A DNA stretch of 64,000 nucleotides from Callorhinchus milii. Taxonomy: Eukaryota. The notes under the pieces are model-generated. The model did not search any database and was not told where the DNA came from. It worked only from the letters and a program-made list of their open reading frames with translations. The stretch's first letter is position 1. The number at the start of each line of letters is the position of its first letter. Made by a program: the position numbers and the translations under genes. Where the stretch lies: the NCBI RefSeq assembly GCF_018977255.1, contig NW_024704742.1, positions 56,174,001 through 56,238,000 of the forward strand. The letters are read 5' to 3'. Below are positions 25,966 through 39,628 of the stretch, piece by piece.

Positions 25966-26043
25966 GGATACACATAAGATGAACTAAGATGCTAGACAGA
26001 TGGCTAGAGGGAATCTTTGAATATCTGAACTTGAAACATCTGA

Positions 26044-27150
26044 ACAACAACAACAAATTACATTTGTAGAGCACCTTTCACGTCAGGAGAATGTCCCAAA
26101 GCACTGGATAGTCAAGGATCTGCACCCAAGCTGGTGGCTGGGATCAGGAGGGGTGGAGGATAGGTAGGGCTAGGAGGGTGACCAAAGGCGTGGTCGAAGA
26201 GGAGGGTCTTGAGACAGGTCCTAAAGCAGGTAAGGGAGGGGGCGAGGCAGAGAGACTGTGGGTTGGAGTTCCAGAGGGTGGGAGCAGAGGGGCTGAAGGC
26301 CCGCCCACCAATGGTGGGGCAGGCAACAACAACTTATATAGCACCCTCCATGCAGGGTAACGCTCAGAGCACTTAACAGTGGTGCAGCCTGACTCCGAGC
26401 TGTGGGTGTGGGTGGTGGAGGTGGCTGTAAGCACAGACAAAGAGGAAGATTCTGAGGTAGGACCTGAAAAACGGAAGAGAGGGGGCAAGATGGAAGGATT
26501 GAAGGAGAGTGTTCCAGAGGGCGTAGTGGCTGAAAGTGCAACCTCTGAAGGTAGGATGGAGGGTGTGAGGAATGAGCAGAAGGCCGGTGCCAGTCGAGCA
26601 GAGGCGCCGGGTGGTGGATTGGGGAGTGAGGAGGTCAGAGAGGAAGGGAGGTGCCAGAGAGTGAAGGGATTTGAAAGAGATTGTGAGGATCTTGAAGTCG
26701 ATCCGTTAGGTGATGAGGAGCCAGTGGAGCCTGGCTAGACAGGGCACGTGAAGCAGGCTGAAGCCCACTGAGTGGAGGGAGCGGACAGATTGGTAGGTGG
26801 TTAGGAGGTCACGGAGGTAGGGAGGAGAAAGGCTGCAGAGGGCTTTGAAGGTGAGGACTAGGATCTTAAACTGTATCCTCGGACTGATGGGGAGCCAGTG
26901 GAGCCTGGCAAAGATGGGTGTGATAAGGTCACAGAACCTAGTGCGGGAGAGGACACGGGCTGCAGAGTTCAGGATGATCTGCAGTCTGTGGAGGGGGGAG
27001 TTGGGGAAGCTGACAAGCAGGGAGTTTGTGTAGTCGAGTCTGGATGTAATGAATGCATGGATGAGGGTCTCGGAGGCCTGCGGTGAGAGACAGTAAAAGA
27101 GAATGGGCAATGTTGCAGAGGTGGGGAAAGGCAAAGCTGGTCATGGCATG
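26044..27150 (-). mobile_element. L2 3' region with a second L2 subfamily fragment (about 26325-26735) nested inside
   Basis: Two (CAA)n tails (26044 and 26325). Outer element reads ETLIHAFITSRLDYTNSLL...RLHWLPISPRIQFKIL and resumes across the inner one. Confidence 0.88.
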
Positions 27151-27992
27151 GATTTACTGTGAATCTGAAATAGATAGACAGAGGGTATTGTGAAGTTTAT
27201 TTAATTTTCAAATACTGACTCCATCAAGCCATCATAAAAATAATGAGCTCCAATAATGGAAATCACTGCCAATTGTTCTAAACATAAGTCAGTGGCTTTG
27301 TAAAGGTGTGGTAGATCAGGCATAATCTGCACACCTAGATATTGGAATCCATACCTGGTTCATGTAAATAATGTTTCCAAATCCAGAGGAAATCAGCAAC
27401 TAGCACCTAATAATTTCTGTCTTTTTAAACTTAGTGTGTGCCCCGACAACAACAATACAATCTATCTTAATAAGAAAAGACATGCTGTGAGAAAACTATA
27501 AGTAACCATAAGTAAGATCCTGCCCTTTTTTTTGCAGCTTGGATCCCTCAAAATGCCAATTGTTTAACATCGAGAGCCAACAGAAGCCGGGATAAGAGCA
27601 ACTGTGTTGTATTCTCCTTGTACAATATTTGAAACAATTCAGAGACTATTCTGTTGGTAATTACCCAGGGTATGAGAATCAGGTAGTTGCAAGAAATGCA
27701 TCCGGTAAATATCTTACCTAACACCATTGAACAAAACATTGCTTGCAAAAGCATTCAAGAATTGTTTTTGTATGGTGGAATTGTATTCTGTATTAATCCT
27801 TGCATTTGATGGAACACTTTAGCAAGTCATGGAGATATCTCAAAGTGCTTCAAAAGATATACTGTAAAGTGCAGTGACTGTATATTTATAGGTAGATACA
27901 GTATCCAATGTTTCACAAACAGACATAAAGTGACTATTTTTTTCTAAGGACTAAGTACGGATTGTAAAAGAGATCATTTTAATACATACGGA

Positions 27993-28322
27993 TAATAATA
28001 ATAATAATAATCCTTACATTTGATATAGTGCTTTTCACGTCGGGAGGATGTCCCAAAGCACTTCACAGAATATACTGTAAAGTGAATTGACTGTATATTT
28101 GTGGGCGAACGCGGCAGCCAATTGCGCACAGCAATGTCCCACAAACAGTCATGGATTGAAAATGACCAATTTTTTATTATTGTTTTTGTTTTTTGGAGGG
28201 ATTATTATTAGGCATGTGGAGTAAGGAAACTTGCCCAAGGTTTCGCCTCTGCCTGGAATTGAACTCAGGTCTCTCGCTTGCAAAGCGAGTGCTCTAACCA
28301 CTGAGCTACAGGACTCCACAAT
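27993..28322 (-). mobile_element. tRNA-derived SINE, full length
   Basis: Complete head with CTCGC-TTTGCAA-GCGAG anticodon-like arm (TGC, Ala), body and tail. Confidence 0.93.
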
Positions 28323-29902
28323 ACACTCCACTTCATCTGCAGTCTATTTTATATTGGGGCTCAGGTTGTAGGTAGACTTTCTTTCCTATTAACTCTCTAA
28401 TCACCCCCCATCTTTCACTGTTCACCTAACACAGAATCAAATCTTCCATTGATTCAAAGCTGTGTATAATGCTTAGTATTTAACTGTGCTAGATTGAATA
28501 TGATGCTTTGTACTACTAGACGTCACTGGGTCTAGGCTCAGATAAATTTGGTTCTTTTGATCAGTAGGAATGTAACCATTCATTCATGCAGCCAAATCTT
28601 GGGCTCAGTATTCCTTTCAAGATACTGACCAGCCTGGTACCAACTAGAAAAATTCCTTGAAATTGAGAAATCAGCTTAGTGAAAACATCAGGAACCATGA
28701 AGGAGAGCCTAACACATCTTTGACAGATCTTTTTTCCAGCCAATTCACATATCAAAAATTAGTTCTGGTCACAACTGGAACAATGCATGCCCTAGAGTCA
28801 ACAGAAAACAAGACTAATGTTAGAGAAATATGTTATATTTTATCAAGATTTTATCCCTCACCATGGAAAAACTGGGGCCAATTGAGCCTCAAAATATGCA
28901 GGTTTGTTCCACAGTGTTTGAAAGACTATATGGATTGGTGTGGAGCAAGATCTACATAGATACATATGCTGTCCCTGGAAGATCTGAGCATTTGCCACAT
29001 TGTGATGAGACAAGCTCACCACCAAGCTTGTGTGTTGATGCACTGCTGGAGTTCAACCAACTAAAATGCATAGCTTGCCATTGAAAGCTAGAATCACCTC
29101 ATCTATTAAGGTGTTGTTCTCCAGGATTAGCAGGATCTGAGTGGGAAGAATCCTTGCCAAGATTTAGTCACAGTGATTTCCTTAATTAGTAAGGGGAAAT
29201 TGTCAAGCTGAATAGGGGATGACTTCCCTCTGGTAACTTATCCAAAAACAAGAATAGATTGAATGCACTCGCAATCGTGTTTATTGAGCATGATTTGTCA
29301 CATACAATAAGCTTTGATCATTTAATTGAATGTTTGCAACTATGAAGTTATCCAAGAAAGTATTTTAAAATGGTATTGTTGAATATTTTGTGTGTATAGT
29401 TCAAAGGGCCCCCAAATGTGATCTGGTTTAGGGCCCCCTGATCTCTTTAATCTCCTCCTGGATATTATTATAAAGAATCAAATAGATTTTACATGTATTA
29501 TTGATGTGGCTATCCCAAGCCATCACAATGTGGATAATATGGAACTAGAGAAAATCAGGAAATACATTGTTCTAGAAATTGAAAGTGGATGCATGTGCCA
29601 CTGTAAAACAAAGTTGCTATAGTCATTGGTGCAACTGGGACAGTTAATAAAACTATTCAAACATTGCTTGACAAAATATACGGTGGACAAAACCTCAAGC
29701 AAAATTAGCTATTTTAGAAAACTCAAATGTTTTAACTTCCATTCATATATAACATGGCAGTATTATTGGTCTGACATTACTGAAAACCACTTGGAAATTA
29801 CCTCTACAGAGTGATTTAATCTATAGCAACATAATAATAATTATTACATTTGGTATAATGACTTTCACATCAGGAAGCGATCCAAAAGTGCTTCACATGA
29901 TA

Positions 29903-30220
29903 TAATAATAATAATCCTTGCATTTGATATAGCGCTTTTCACGTCTTCTAGACGTCTCAAAGCGCTTCACAGAATATACTGTAAAGTGAATTGACCGTAT
30001 ATTTGTGGGCGAAGCGCAGCAGCCAATTGCGCACAGCAATGTCCCACAAACAGTCGTGGATTGAAAATAATCAATTTATTATTGTTTTGTTTTGGAGGGA
30101 TTATTATTAGGCGTGTGGAGTAAGGAAACTTGCCCGAGGTTTCTATCTGCCTGGAACTGAACCCAGGTGTCTCGCTTGCAAGGTGAGTGCTCTAACCACT
30201 GAGCTACAGAACTCCACAAT
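29903..30220 (-). mobile_element. tRNA-derived SINE, full length
   Basis: Complete copy lying next to an older SINE tail at about 29830-29900. Confidence 0.93.
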
Positions 30221-30997
30221 ATACAAATATAAGAATGCTCCCTTCATTTGATTACTAGCAATTACTTTGTGGTTGTGGTTTCTTGAAAAGTGTAGATCAG
30301 ATTATTATTTGGAAACTGTGCCTAAAGCAAATTCATCAATATATTTAAGAATAAATACATGATGGAGTGAAAACAGAAAATAGGTGTATAGGAAGAGGGA
30401 TTAGGAGGGATGGAGGTTCATGTGGAGTCTGAACACTGGTACAAACTAATTGGGCTGATTGGCCTGTTCCCGTACTGTAATGTTCTATCTAATTTTATTT
30501 AATGTTTATTCAGTGGTACACTGCAATGCATTCCCAGAGAAAGGATTGCTACATTTCCATGGGGAAGAATGATAATGGTGACCATATGTTACATTTCTCT
30601 TTTTTGATTTTAAAATGTGTTTATATTTACTTTAGAATAAACATGCAATAATAAAATTGGATACATTTGCCACAATCATGAGGCAGAGCCAGATTGTGTC
30701 CTTGGTGAGGTAAAACAGTGTCCATTTTCAGTCTCTGAAGAGTCAAGCTTTTCTGCCAAGAAATGCAATTGGAACTCAATTCTAGGTCTTGAATACATTG
30801 TGTTGTGTAGTACTGCTGTATCGCTTCATTAATATTGTTAGAGTTCATTGTGTGCACCAAAGTACACAAGTGTTTTGAGCACTCATGATAATGGATTTCA
30901 GTCTTCTGTTTAGAACCACAATTGAAGATTTATTTCAGAGCTGATCACAAGACATCAGGTCTGTTATATTTCCTGTGGTGTTAAACAGTGTTACAGG

Positions 30998-31338
30998 CAA
31001 GGTCGGACTGGCTATAAGGGAAATCTCCCAAGTGGCCCCAAGAATGGTTCTTGAGTGTTCCCGTGATTGGCTTGCAATACCACCCCAGAGTCCGACAGCT
31101 GAGTGAGTGACAGCTTGGACCAGTCAATCATTGCTCAGAGCTAACCCTCCTTGATGAGTGACAGCTATGATAGCCAACCATTCCCTGGATCCCAACCTCC
31201 TGTTTAAGTCCCGGCAAAGTTTTTAAACGCGCAGATGTTTTATGCCTAATCGGTGCCTTCCCAAATTGCAGCTATGGCATCTCAGCACCCCCCATTTTAC
31301 CTGAAAATCCCTAACCCTTTCGGGGAGCTAGTCCACCT
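30998..31338. mobile_element. Degenerate hAT-like MITE
   Basis: Imperfect terminal inverted repeats (CAAGGTCGGACTGGC and GCTAGTCCACCT); flanks GTTACAGG and CTTACAGA match at 6 of 8; internal repeat GAGTGACAGCT occurs twice. Confidence 0.55.
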
Positions 31339-31655
31339 CTTACAGATTGATAATACTAATCTGTGGCAGACTTTTGTTTTCAATCTACCATACCATGCTA
31401 CCACACTAAATATTCAATGCTGATCAGATTTTGCCGGGTAAATACTGGATTAAGGTATGCAAAATTCTTTTCAAATATGACTCCTAAAACTGGAAATTTC
31501 TTGGTATTAGTTCGATGGAACGAAAATATAATAACTCACTGTGCAATTTATCTTCCATACCAGTCACCTTTGGAAAGCATTTGAACATTTGAATGAGATT
31601 ATGAATTGCTGCCAAATTATGGACAATTTTGACTACTAGCAACTGCTTTGATATT

Positions 31656-33295
31656 ACAGAATCATAGAATTATACAGCACAGAAGGAGACCATTCAGCCC
31701 ATTGTGTCCGTGCCGGCTCTTTGTAAAGAGTTATCCAATTCAATCCCACTCCCCCGGTCTCTCCCCATAGTCCTGCAAACTTATCCTCCCCAAATAATTA
31801 TCTTCTTTTTTTAAAAGTTGTTATCGAATCGGCTTCCACTACCCTTTCAAGCAATGCATTCCAATCCGAACAACTCACTGTGTGAAAAAAATTCTCCTCC
31901 CCTCTGTTTCTTTTAACAACTATTTTAAATTGGTGTCCTCAGGTTATCGACCCACCCACCAGTGGAAATAATTTCTCCTTGTTCAACTTTTCAAATCCCC
32001 TCATAATTTTGAAAACTTCTATTAAGCCTCCTCTTAACCTTCTCTGCTCCAAGGAGAATAATCCTAGCTTCTCTAGCCTCTCCTGATAAATGATGTCCCT
32101 TATTCCTGGTACCATCCTGGTAAATTTCCTTTGCTCCCTCCAAAGCCTTGACATCCTTCATAAAGTGTGTCATAACTAAACACAGTATTCTAGTTGTGGC
32201 CTAACCAGTGTTTTATAAAGGTTCATCATAACTCCCGAGTTTTGTATTCTATACCTCTATTTATAAAGCCTAGTATCCCGTATATTTTTTTAACAGCTTT
32301 ATTAACCTGTCCTGCCACCTTCAAATATTTACTTATATGAACCCCCAGGTCTCTCTGTTCCTTCACCCCTTTAAGATCGTACATGTGGCTTATATTGTCT
32401 CTCCTCATTCTTCCTTCCAAAATGCATCACTTTACATTGCTCCACATTAAACTTCATCTGCCACGTGTCTGCCCATTTTACCAGTCTGTCTAGGTCCATT
32501 TGCAGTCTACTACTATCCTCCTCACTGTTTCCTAGTTTTCCTAGCTTAGTATCACCTGCAACCTTGGAAAGTGTACTCCCTATATCCAAGTCCAGGTCAT
32601 TTATATAGATCAAAAACAGCTGTGGTCCCAATACTGACCCCTGGGGAACCCCACTGCACACATCCCTCCAGTCAGAAAAATAACTGTTCACCACCACTCT
32701 CTGCTTTCTGTCTCCCGGCCAGTTCTGTATCCATGCTGCCACTGTGCCTTTAAAACTGTGGGCTTCTATTTTGCTTACAAGTCTCTTATGTGGCACTTTA
32801 TCAAACACCTTTTGAAAATCCATATGAACTACATCAACTGCACTACCTTCATCCACCCTCTCTGTTACTTCATCAAAAACTCTATCAGGTTTGTTAGATA
32901 TGATTTGCCTTTTACAAATCTGTGCTGGCTGTCCTTTATTAACCCATATTTTTTCTAAGTGAATTTTTTTTTGTCCCAGATCATAGTCTCTAGAAGTTTC
33001 CCCACTACTGACGTTAGGCTGACTGGCCTGTAGTTCCCGGGTTTATCCTTCTGCCCCTTTTTGTACAGGACAGTAACATTTGCAACCCTCCAGACCTCTG
33101 GCACCACCCCGGTGCCCAAGAAGGATTGAAATATTGTGGCCAGAGCCTCCGTTATTTCCCCCCTTACTTCCCTCAGTAACAGAGGATGCATCATGACTGG
33201 ACCGGGTGACTTATCTACCTTGAGCACTGACAAACATTTTAGTACCTCCTCTCAGTTTATTCTTATCTTAGCCAACTTCTCTACCCTCTCCTCCT
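31656..33295 (-). mobile_element. CR1 LINE, 5'-truncated, second subfamily, disrupted RT
   Basis: KSPGP, GNYRPVSLTSVVGKLLE, DFQKVFDKVPH, SGVPQGSVLGP and LGLFSLEQRRLRG; tail TTCTATGATTCT. Confidence 0.95.
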
Positions 33296-34719
33296 CCCAA
33301 TGTGAAATTACATACAAATGTAATTTTGTTGTTGTGTAGTTTTCTCATCATCACACAAACTCCAGGCCTGACCTGACTTTATGTAGTTACTTTTCAATGG
33401 TGCTTGTCCAGCTTTGCACACATCCTTTAAAAGGGTCTTAATAAGATACGTGGCCTTTTTCTTGTTCTGGAAACAAAATGCCTTTTTTGAAAAATACGTA
33501 ATTCAGGATGAGTTGCAAAAAAATTGTTTGTGTAAAAAATATGATTCTGTCGTTATTAAAAAATCTCAATTTTTTTGCAAGCATTGCATAATGCCTTAGC
33601 ATCATTTGAAGAGTTTTTTTNAATAAACACAGTGTGTAAGAGCTGCATTTCAAAGCTTCCAAAAGGTTACTAAATAGTTTTTGAAATTCATATTGCTAAT
33701 GCAGAATAAAGCCTCACTAGCGGATACAGTATTGCTGATAAAAAGAAATCCTTGTTTCTTGCAGGCAATGTGGGAATGAGTCAACTACACATACAAAAAA
33801 TATTTTGCAAATTCTCTGAAGTCTCATCACTTACGCTGGCAGCTTGCATGTTGCAGCATTGAGTCTCACAGGTTCAGTGATAGTTGAATAAAAAATACTC
33901 AAGATTCAGAAACATGTCTTTAAAGAGACAATAAGCAGTTTTCTCAAGAAAAATAATTTGACTAAACATTTTGCTCAGCGTTAGGCTTATTGGTCAAAAC
34001 GAATTGTGATGGGAAATCGCATCAGAGGCTGACATTATCAAAGGTAATCAGAATAACATAAACAGAATTTTTACCCCATAATATGGATTTTGATCTGTAT
34101 GAGATTCTCGTTGAATTGGATTTAGGGTTATGAAGCTTCTAATAAATCCCTCATGGTTGGATTGCTGGGTGTAAGCATGCTGCCTGCATGTGGTAATAGT
34201 TTCTACAGAAGGTAAATTAGCTGAGGGGTAAACATTTATAACAATGTGATGTGTTAAGCAGCACCTATTAATCTAGTAATCAAGTTACCTTATGTCATGA
34301 TATTTAACACATTGATTTGCTAGTTATGCTAGAGATGAAATCCACATACCTTTTGCAACAGTTGCACTATAAAATGCTAGTTAAGGAATACATTTGACTT
34401 GAGGCATTTGTTTATTTGGGCATTTGCTTCATTGGGTATTGAGCATTTTTGCGATTTATAAAGCCAGTACCTCTTTAACCAAAGGTTCATTGCCGTGAGG
34501 CTGAGGTCTAATTCGCAGCATCTCCAACATGACCATTGAGAATCATATTATTCAACACACCCAAGGGACAGTCGGCCACATAGGTAATCCAAGTCCAAGC
34601 TTTTCCATTCCTGATGAATCGATTAACTCTGTCAAATATAGCAGTATAAATATCTACTGGACAACAATGTTGGATGATGCAAGACTAAGTACAAACTGTA
34701 GAAAGTGTGGGTTTTGGAA

Positions 34720-35150
34720 GACCACAAGATTGTTTTGGATGAAGAAGGCCCTTTGGTCCATCTGATCTCATCCCTCTAAAATATGAATATTTTCATCCTC
34801 CGAGCATAGTATCAAGCTGTTTTTTTAAAAAAAATGCTCCAGTGTCCTGTCCTCAACCAATCCTTCTGGCAACTTATTTCAGTCACTAATTATCCTCTAA
34901 GTAAATAAAAACATCCAGATATCTGTCCTGAAAATACCATTTGCAACTCTAAATCTATGTCCTCTTGCTCTGCTGTCTTGGTGGATCCTAAACTATTCTT
35001 CGGCGTTTATTATTTCAATCCCATTTATAATTGTATATCTCTATGAGGTCCTCTCTGAGTTGTTTCCTCTCAAGACTGAAGAGTTGTAATTTATATAATC
35101 TTGCTCATACCACATTCATCTAACACTGGAGGTCATCTTTGATGCTCTCT
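34720..35150 (-). mobile_element. Old CR1 3' fragment (third subfamily)
   Basis: Decayed TRGH-type ORF2 end and a 3' UTR homologous to 44205-44452. Confidence 0.65.
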
Positions 35151-37169
35151 TCAAACAAACAGACTGAACAGCCTGTTCTTGTCCATGCTTTCATATGTTC
35201 TTATAATAATTCCTGATAGTCAGAATATTGCTGCAAATATTTATATAACACAGGCCAGAAGCCCTCAAACGTTTAATGTAAATGAATGGAAAACAACCAC
35301 ATATTGTAAAAATTGAGAAAACCTACAGTGTATTAGAGATCATGCTGTTTATGTAAGAGTAATATCAGATTTTGAATATGTATTTTGTTAATGTATTTTT
35401 ATAGTAATTATTGAGCCTTTCAATTGAGGGTTAAAGAACCTAGTAGGCTGGGAATGGAATGGATTATTTATTTAATATTTTTATATATTTCTGTTGAAAC
35501 CAGGAAGTCGTGTCTCTTAAAATATGGTCTATTTAGAACTACAAACAAGAAATTTCCATTTAAACAATGCAACAAAAAGTCACATTTGAAAAGAAAATTG
35601 AAATAACCATCACTTTACAAATGGGCCTCACACAGCATAATGGAGCTATTTGTTACACAAAATGGAGACATCCTTTCCAATTGGTTTCTAATTCACATCC
35701 TGCAGACATATTCATACATTACCAAATTATGGTATTACTCCAATATGATTCTTATTGATTTATATCATTGATTTATAATTATGGGACAAGTCAAATTTTC
35801 TCATCTGCTTTCTAGTTCACTTTTTTTTATCATGAAGCTTAATGTAGTAGGATCTGTCAAATAATGACATTGGTTTGATGAAATATTGATTAAATATGTG
35901 AACAGTATATCTTGAGCACTTTATGTTAAACATAGAAAAAAATTCATACCTACTTTAGTACCGGAGTTGACCAGACAGGCAGTCAATAAGTGTTTTAAGT
36001 TAAAAGCAGGCCAGATTTTACACTGCTGTTTTTACAAGCTTTGTTCACAAATGGTTAAAGACAGTAATAATTTCCCCACATTAAGCTAATTTTGCACGAC
36101 AGATTCAGTTCATGCTTCAGCTGTCTGAACAACTGCTGGCACTAAACTGTTAGTGAGCTTGACATTGCTTTAAGCAGTTGGTATATAACAGACTCCATTC
36201 AGTTAAGCTGATAGCAACATTTGCTTTAGAAAGCCAAACAATGCACATAGCAATTATATGAGATACTGCACATAGTGGGATCATGTTTATGAAAAGTTCC
36301 AGAAATTGAAAAATCTAAAATATACATCCCTTGCTCTTTCATGAAACACTTGGTTTACAGGCTGGGTGTCAGGCAGTGTCTCAAGGTGCTAAATATCCTT
36401 GGTATCTTCTCTCCTTTTTTGAGAAAAAAATCCTATTCACAAGTATGTTAAGAAAAATTTTCATTTATTTATTAATGATAAATATTATTTCACAGAAGAA
36501 ATAACATTGTATCATATGCAATTACTTATATTTTCCACTGGCCATACAATGTAATGTTTCATATATACATTATCATACATTGCCACAAGCAATATAATTT
36601 TCCTTCTAAGAAGTAAAATGTACAAAACCAAGCAATATAATTGAAATCAAATGAAAAACTATAAGAATGAATTGAATATCGCTTACTTGATTCAAGATAA
36701 GGTTTATATTGATAGCTGAAAACGTTAAGCATTTAATTTCTTAATTATGAGTCTTGTTAAACACAGCATAAAAGATATTTGAAGACAATGCAGATAATTG
36801 TTTTATAAAGATATTAGCATCAGAAATCCAATTACTGAACTGTGGAGAAAGCATGTGCCTTTGGGAGATACCTGCCCACGACTCACTAAACTGTAAAGGA
36901 TTATTTTTTCTGGTTCAGACCAGCTAATCTGTCACATATCAACAATGCAACATTGGCAAATGTAATCAGAATACTTTCTTGAAAATGTCTTTAAATATTG
37001 TGTTATCTTGAACCACACAATGGTTTTGGCAGTTGTACATATATTGGACCTGAGATTTGTTGGCTTGCTTGCTAGTTTTAGTTATAATTCTGATGTAAAA
37101 TGCTGATATGTGTAAATAAAACAATTGTCCACCTTCAGGGCTACTATCAACATACCCCTTAGAAATTTC

Positions 37170-37280
37170 ACCCACAAATATACAGTCAATTCACTTTACA
37201 GTATATTCTGTGAAGCGCTTTGAGATGTCTAGAAGACGTGAAAAGCACTATATCAAATGCAAGGATTATTATTATTATTA
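37170..37280 (+). mobile_element. 3' part of the tRNA-derived SINE
   Basis: CCCACAAATATACAGTCAATTCAC...AAATGCAAGGA(TTA)n. Confidence 0.85.
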
Positions 37281-37537
37281 AATGAGAATTAAAACCTTTA
37301 TTCAAAAGAAAGTACAAAATGCCAATTTAAAATATGAATTCTATTTTTATAACACCTATCAAAACATCTCAAAATGTTTGATAGTATTTACTATCACATG
37401 CAGTGACTTTTTTTTTGCAGGCAGATTTGGCTGACATTTTACACACTTTACAGTATATTCTGTGAAGTGCTTTGGGATGTCTCAAAGACGTGATAAGGCG
37501 CTATATAAAATGCAAGGATTATTAATATAACCTGAAC

Positions 37538-37822
37538 ATTGTGGAGTCCTGTAGCTCAGTGGTTAGAGCACTCGCCTTGCAAGCGAGACACCTGGGTTCA
37601 ATTCCAGGCACAGGGCGAAACCTTGGGCAAGTTTCCTTACTCCACACGCCTAATAATAATCCCTCCAAAACCAAAAACAATTAATAAATTGGTCATTTTC
37701 AATCCACGACTGTTTGTGGGACACTGCTGTGCGCAATTGGCTGCCGCGTTTCACTCACAAAAATATACGGTCAATTCACTTTACAGCATATTCTGTGAAG
37801 TGCTAAGAGACGACTAGAAGAT
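37538..37822 (+). mobile_element. tRNA-derived SINE lacking its terminal tail
   Basis: Full head and body; homology stops at GACTAGAAGA. Confidence 0.88.
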
Positions 37823-38819
37823 GATACATTCTGTTAACAAGAGTGAGATCACATTTCTCCAATAGCTTTTAGCAATACTAGACTTGATATACTTTCATTG
37901 CTGCTTTATTAATATAATCATTAGGCAGCTTTTCTCCCCATTTAATGAAAATGAATGTCAGTCCTATTGTGTCTTCATATGAGAAGATAATAATCGAGTT
38001 ATATTAAATTACTTCGGAGAAATAAATTAACTTTGAAAGTATTGCTCTTTTGGGGGTGTTCCAGTAGAATATCAGTTACTGTGACACTGCTTGTTTTATA
38101 AGGCTGGGATTAGTTGGCTTGAGGGGAGTTTACTGAAATGTAAAATTCAAGTATGAGTATTGTGTTTACTACTCACACTATATAGCTGTTTGGGCTGCGG
38201 GGGGGTGCGGGTGTGCAGTCTGGGGGGGGGTTGCAATTGTAACGGAAAGTGCCATGTGAAGCTAGTGAGGATAGTTGTAGGGTGAAGTCTGGCTGCATAC
38301 AATATATGAGCACGCAAAGTGCTTGACAATTCTGACTGGGAACCAGAGTAGAGTGTGTGTGAGGAAGGGAAAGATGACCGAAAGCATGTTCAAGGAAGTA
38401 CCTTGCGAGGTGTACCTTGAAAGATAGGAAGGAGGGAGGGAGCAAGTAGAAAAGTCTTGGGAATGCAGTTTCAGAGAGTGGGTGCCAAGTGGTTGAAAGC
38501 CAACATGCGAATTGTGTATATAGAGGGGGATGTACGTCTTCACAGAATAGAGGGGAAGTCACACTTTTTACCTCTTCCAAACATAATTTTAGCACAGAAG
38601 GAGACGATTCAACCAAATGTGCCAGTGATTGCTAACTGTGTACCTGAGCTATCTTATTCCATTTTCTTCCTTATTCAAAATATCCTCATTGAGTAATCCA
38701 ATACCATTGAGATGGGAAGGGAACAGATTACTTGTCAACATTATATCTCACAATGGAGTGTGTTGGAAGGAGACCAATAAAGGGGAAGAAGCCAAAATGA
38801 TCAATATCTACCTGGCTAG

Positions 38820-39628
38820 TACAACAACAACAACAACAAGATTGCATTTATATGTCAGGACGACGTCCCAAGGTGCTGGACAGTTGGGTCGGGACCCAAG
38901 CAGGGGGGAAATGGTCAGGGTGAGGGGAGGGAAGGGAGGGAGCGAGGAGGGGGTAGAGAGTCGAGAGGGGAGCTGAAGGCACGGCTGAAGTGAAAGGTCT
39001 TGAGACCGGCCTTGAAGGAGGAAAGGGAGGAGGCAAGGCGAAGGCACTGGGGGATGGAGTTCCAGAGCCTGGGGGCTGAGAGGCTGAAGGCCGGCCACCG
39101 ATGGTAGGGCGGTTGGGGCGGGGGATGTGGAACAGACAGGAGCCAGAGGAATGGAGGGTATGGGCAGGTACGTGGGGGGATAGTAGTTCGGAGAGGTAGG
39201 AGGGTGCAAGGCCGTGAATGGCCTTGTAGGTGAGGATGAGGATCTTGAATTCGATCCTCTGGGGGATGGGAAGCCAGTGGAGGCGAGCGAGGGTGGGAGT
39301 GATGTGGTCGCGTAGCCTGGTGCGGGACAGTATATGAGCTGCAGAGTTCTGAATGACCTGCAGCTTGTGGAGGGAGGTGCCGGGAAGGCCGGCGAGGAGA
39401 GAGTTCCCGAAGTCCAGCCTTGAGGTGATAAAGGCGTGGACCAGAGTTTCAGCAGCGTGAGGGGTGAGGTAGTGCCGTAGTCTTGCGATGTTCCGGAGGT
39501 GGTGGAAGGCAGTGCCAGTTGTGGCGCAGATGTGGGGAAGAAAGGACAGCTCAGGGTCGAACAGAACGCTGAGGTTCTTGATGGGCTTTGAGAGGTGGAG
39601 AGTGCAGCCTTGGATGCTGATGCTAACA
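38820..39628 (-). mobile_element. Young L2 3' fragment
   Basis: High similarity to 42866-43572 and 61076-62080; (CAA)n tail at left. Confidence 0.93.

Noticed and set aside
27530..27754. Acceptor-like TTTTGCAG and a 68-aa minus-strand ORF
   Set aside because: All three plus frames hit stops, and the minus ORF has no recognisable homology.
28245..28322. tRNA-Ala(TGC)-like sequence (also at 23645, 30150 and 37540)
   Set aside because: It has no proper acceptor stem and always continues into the SINE body, so it is a SINE head and not a tRNA gene.
28657..28959. 100-aa ORF in unique sequence, with an overlapping 84-aa ORF
   Set aside because: Non-ATG start, no recognisable motif and no clear splice sites; consistent with chance.
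33513..33580. Perfect 14-bp inverted repeat TTGCAAAAAAATTG / CAATTTTTTTGCAA
   Set aside because: Half of it is a homopolymer in AT-rich DNA and there is no TSD; likely chance.
33621..33621. Single N base
   Set aside because: Assembly ambiguity after a T run, not biology.
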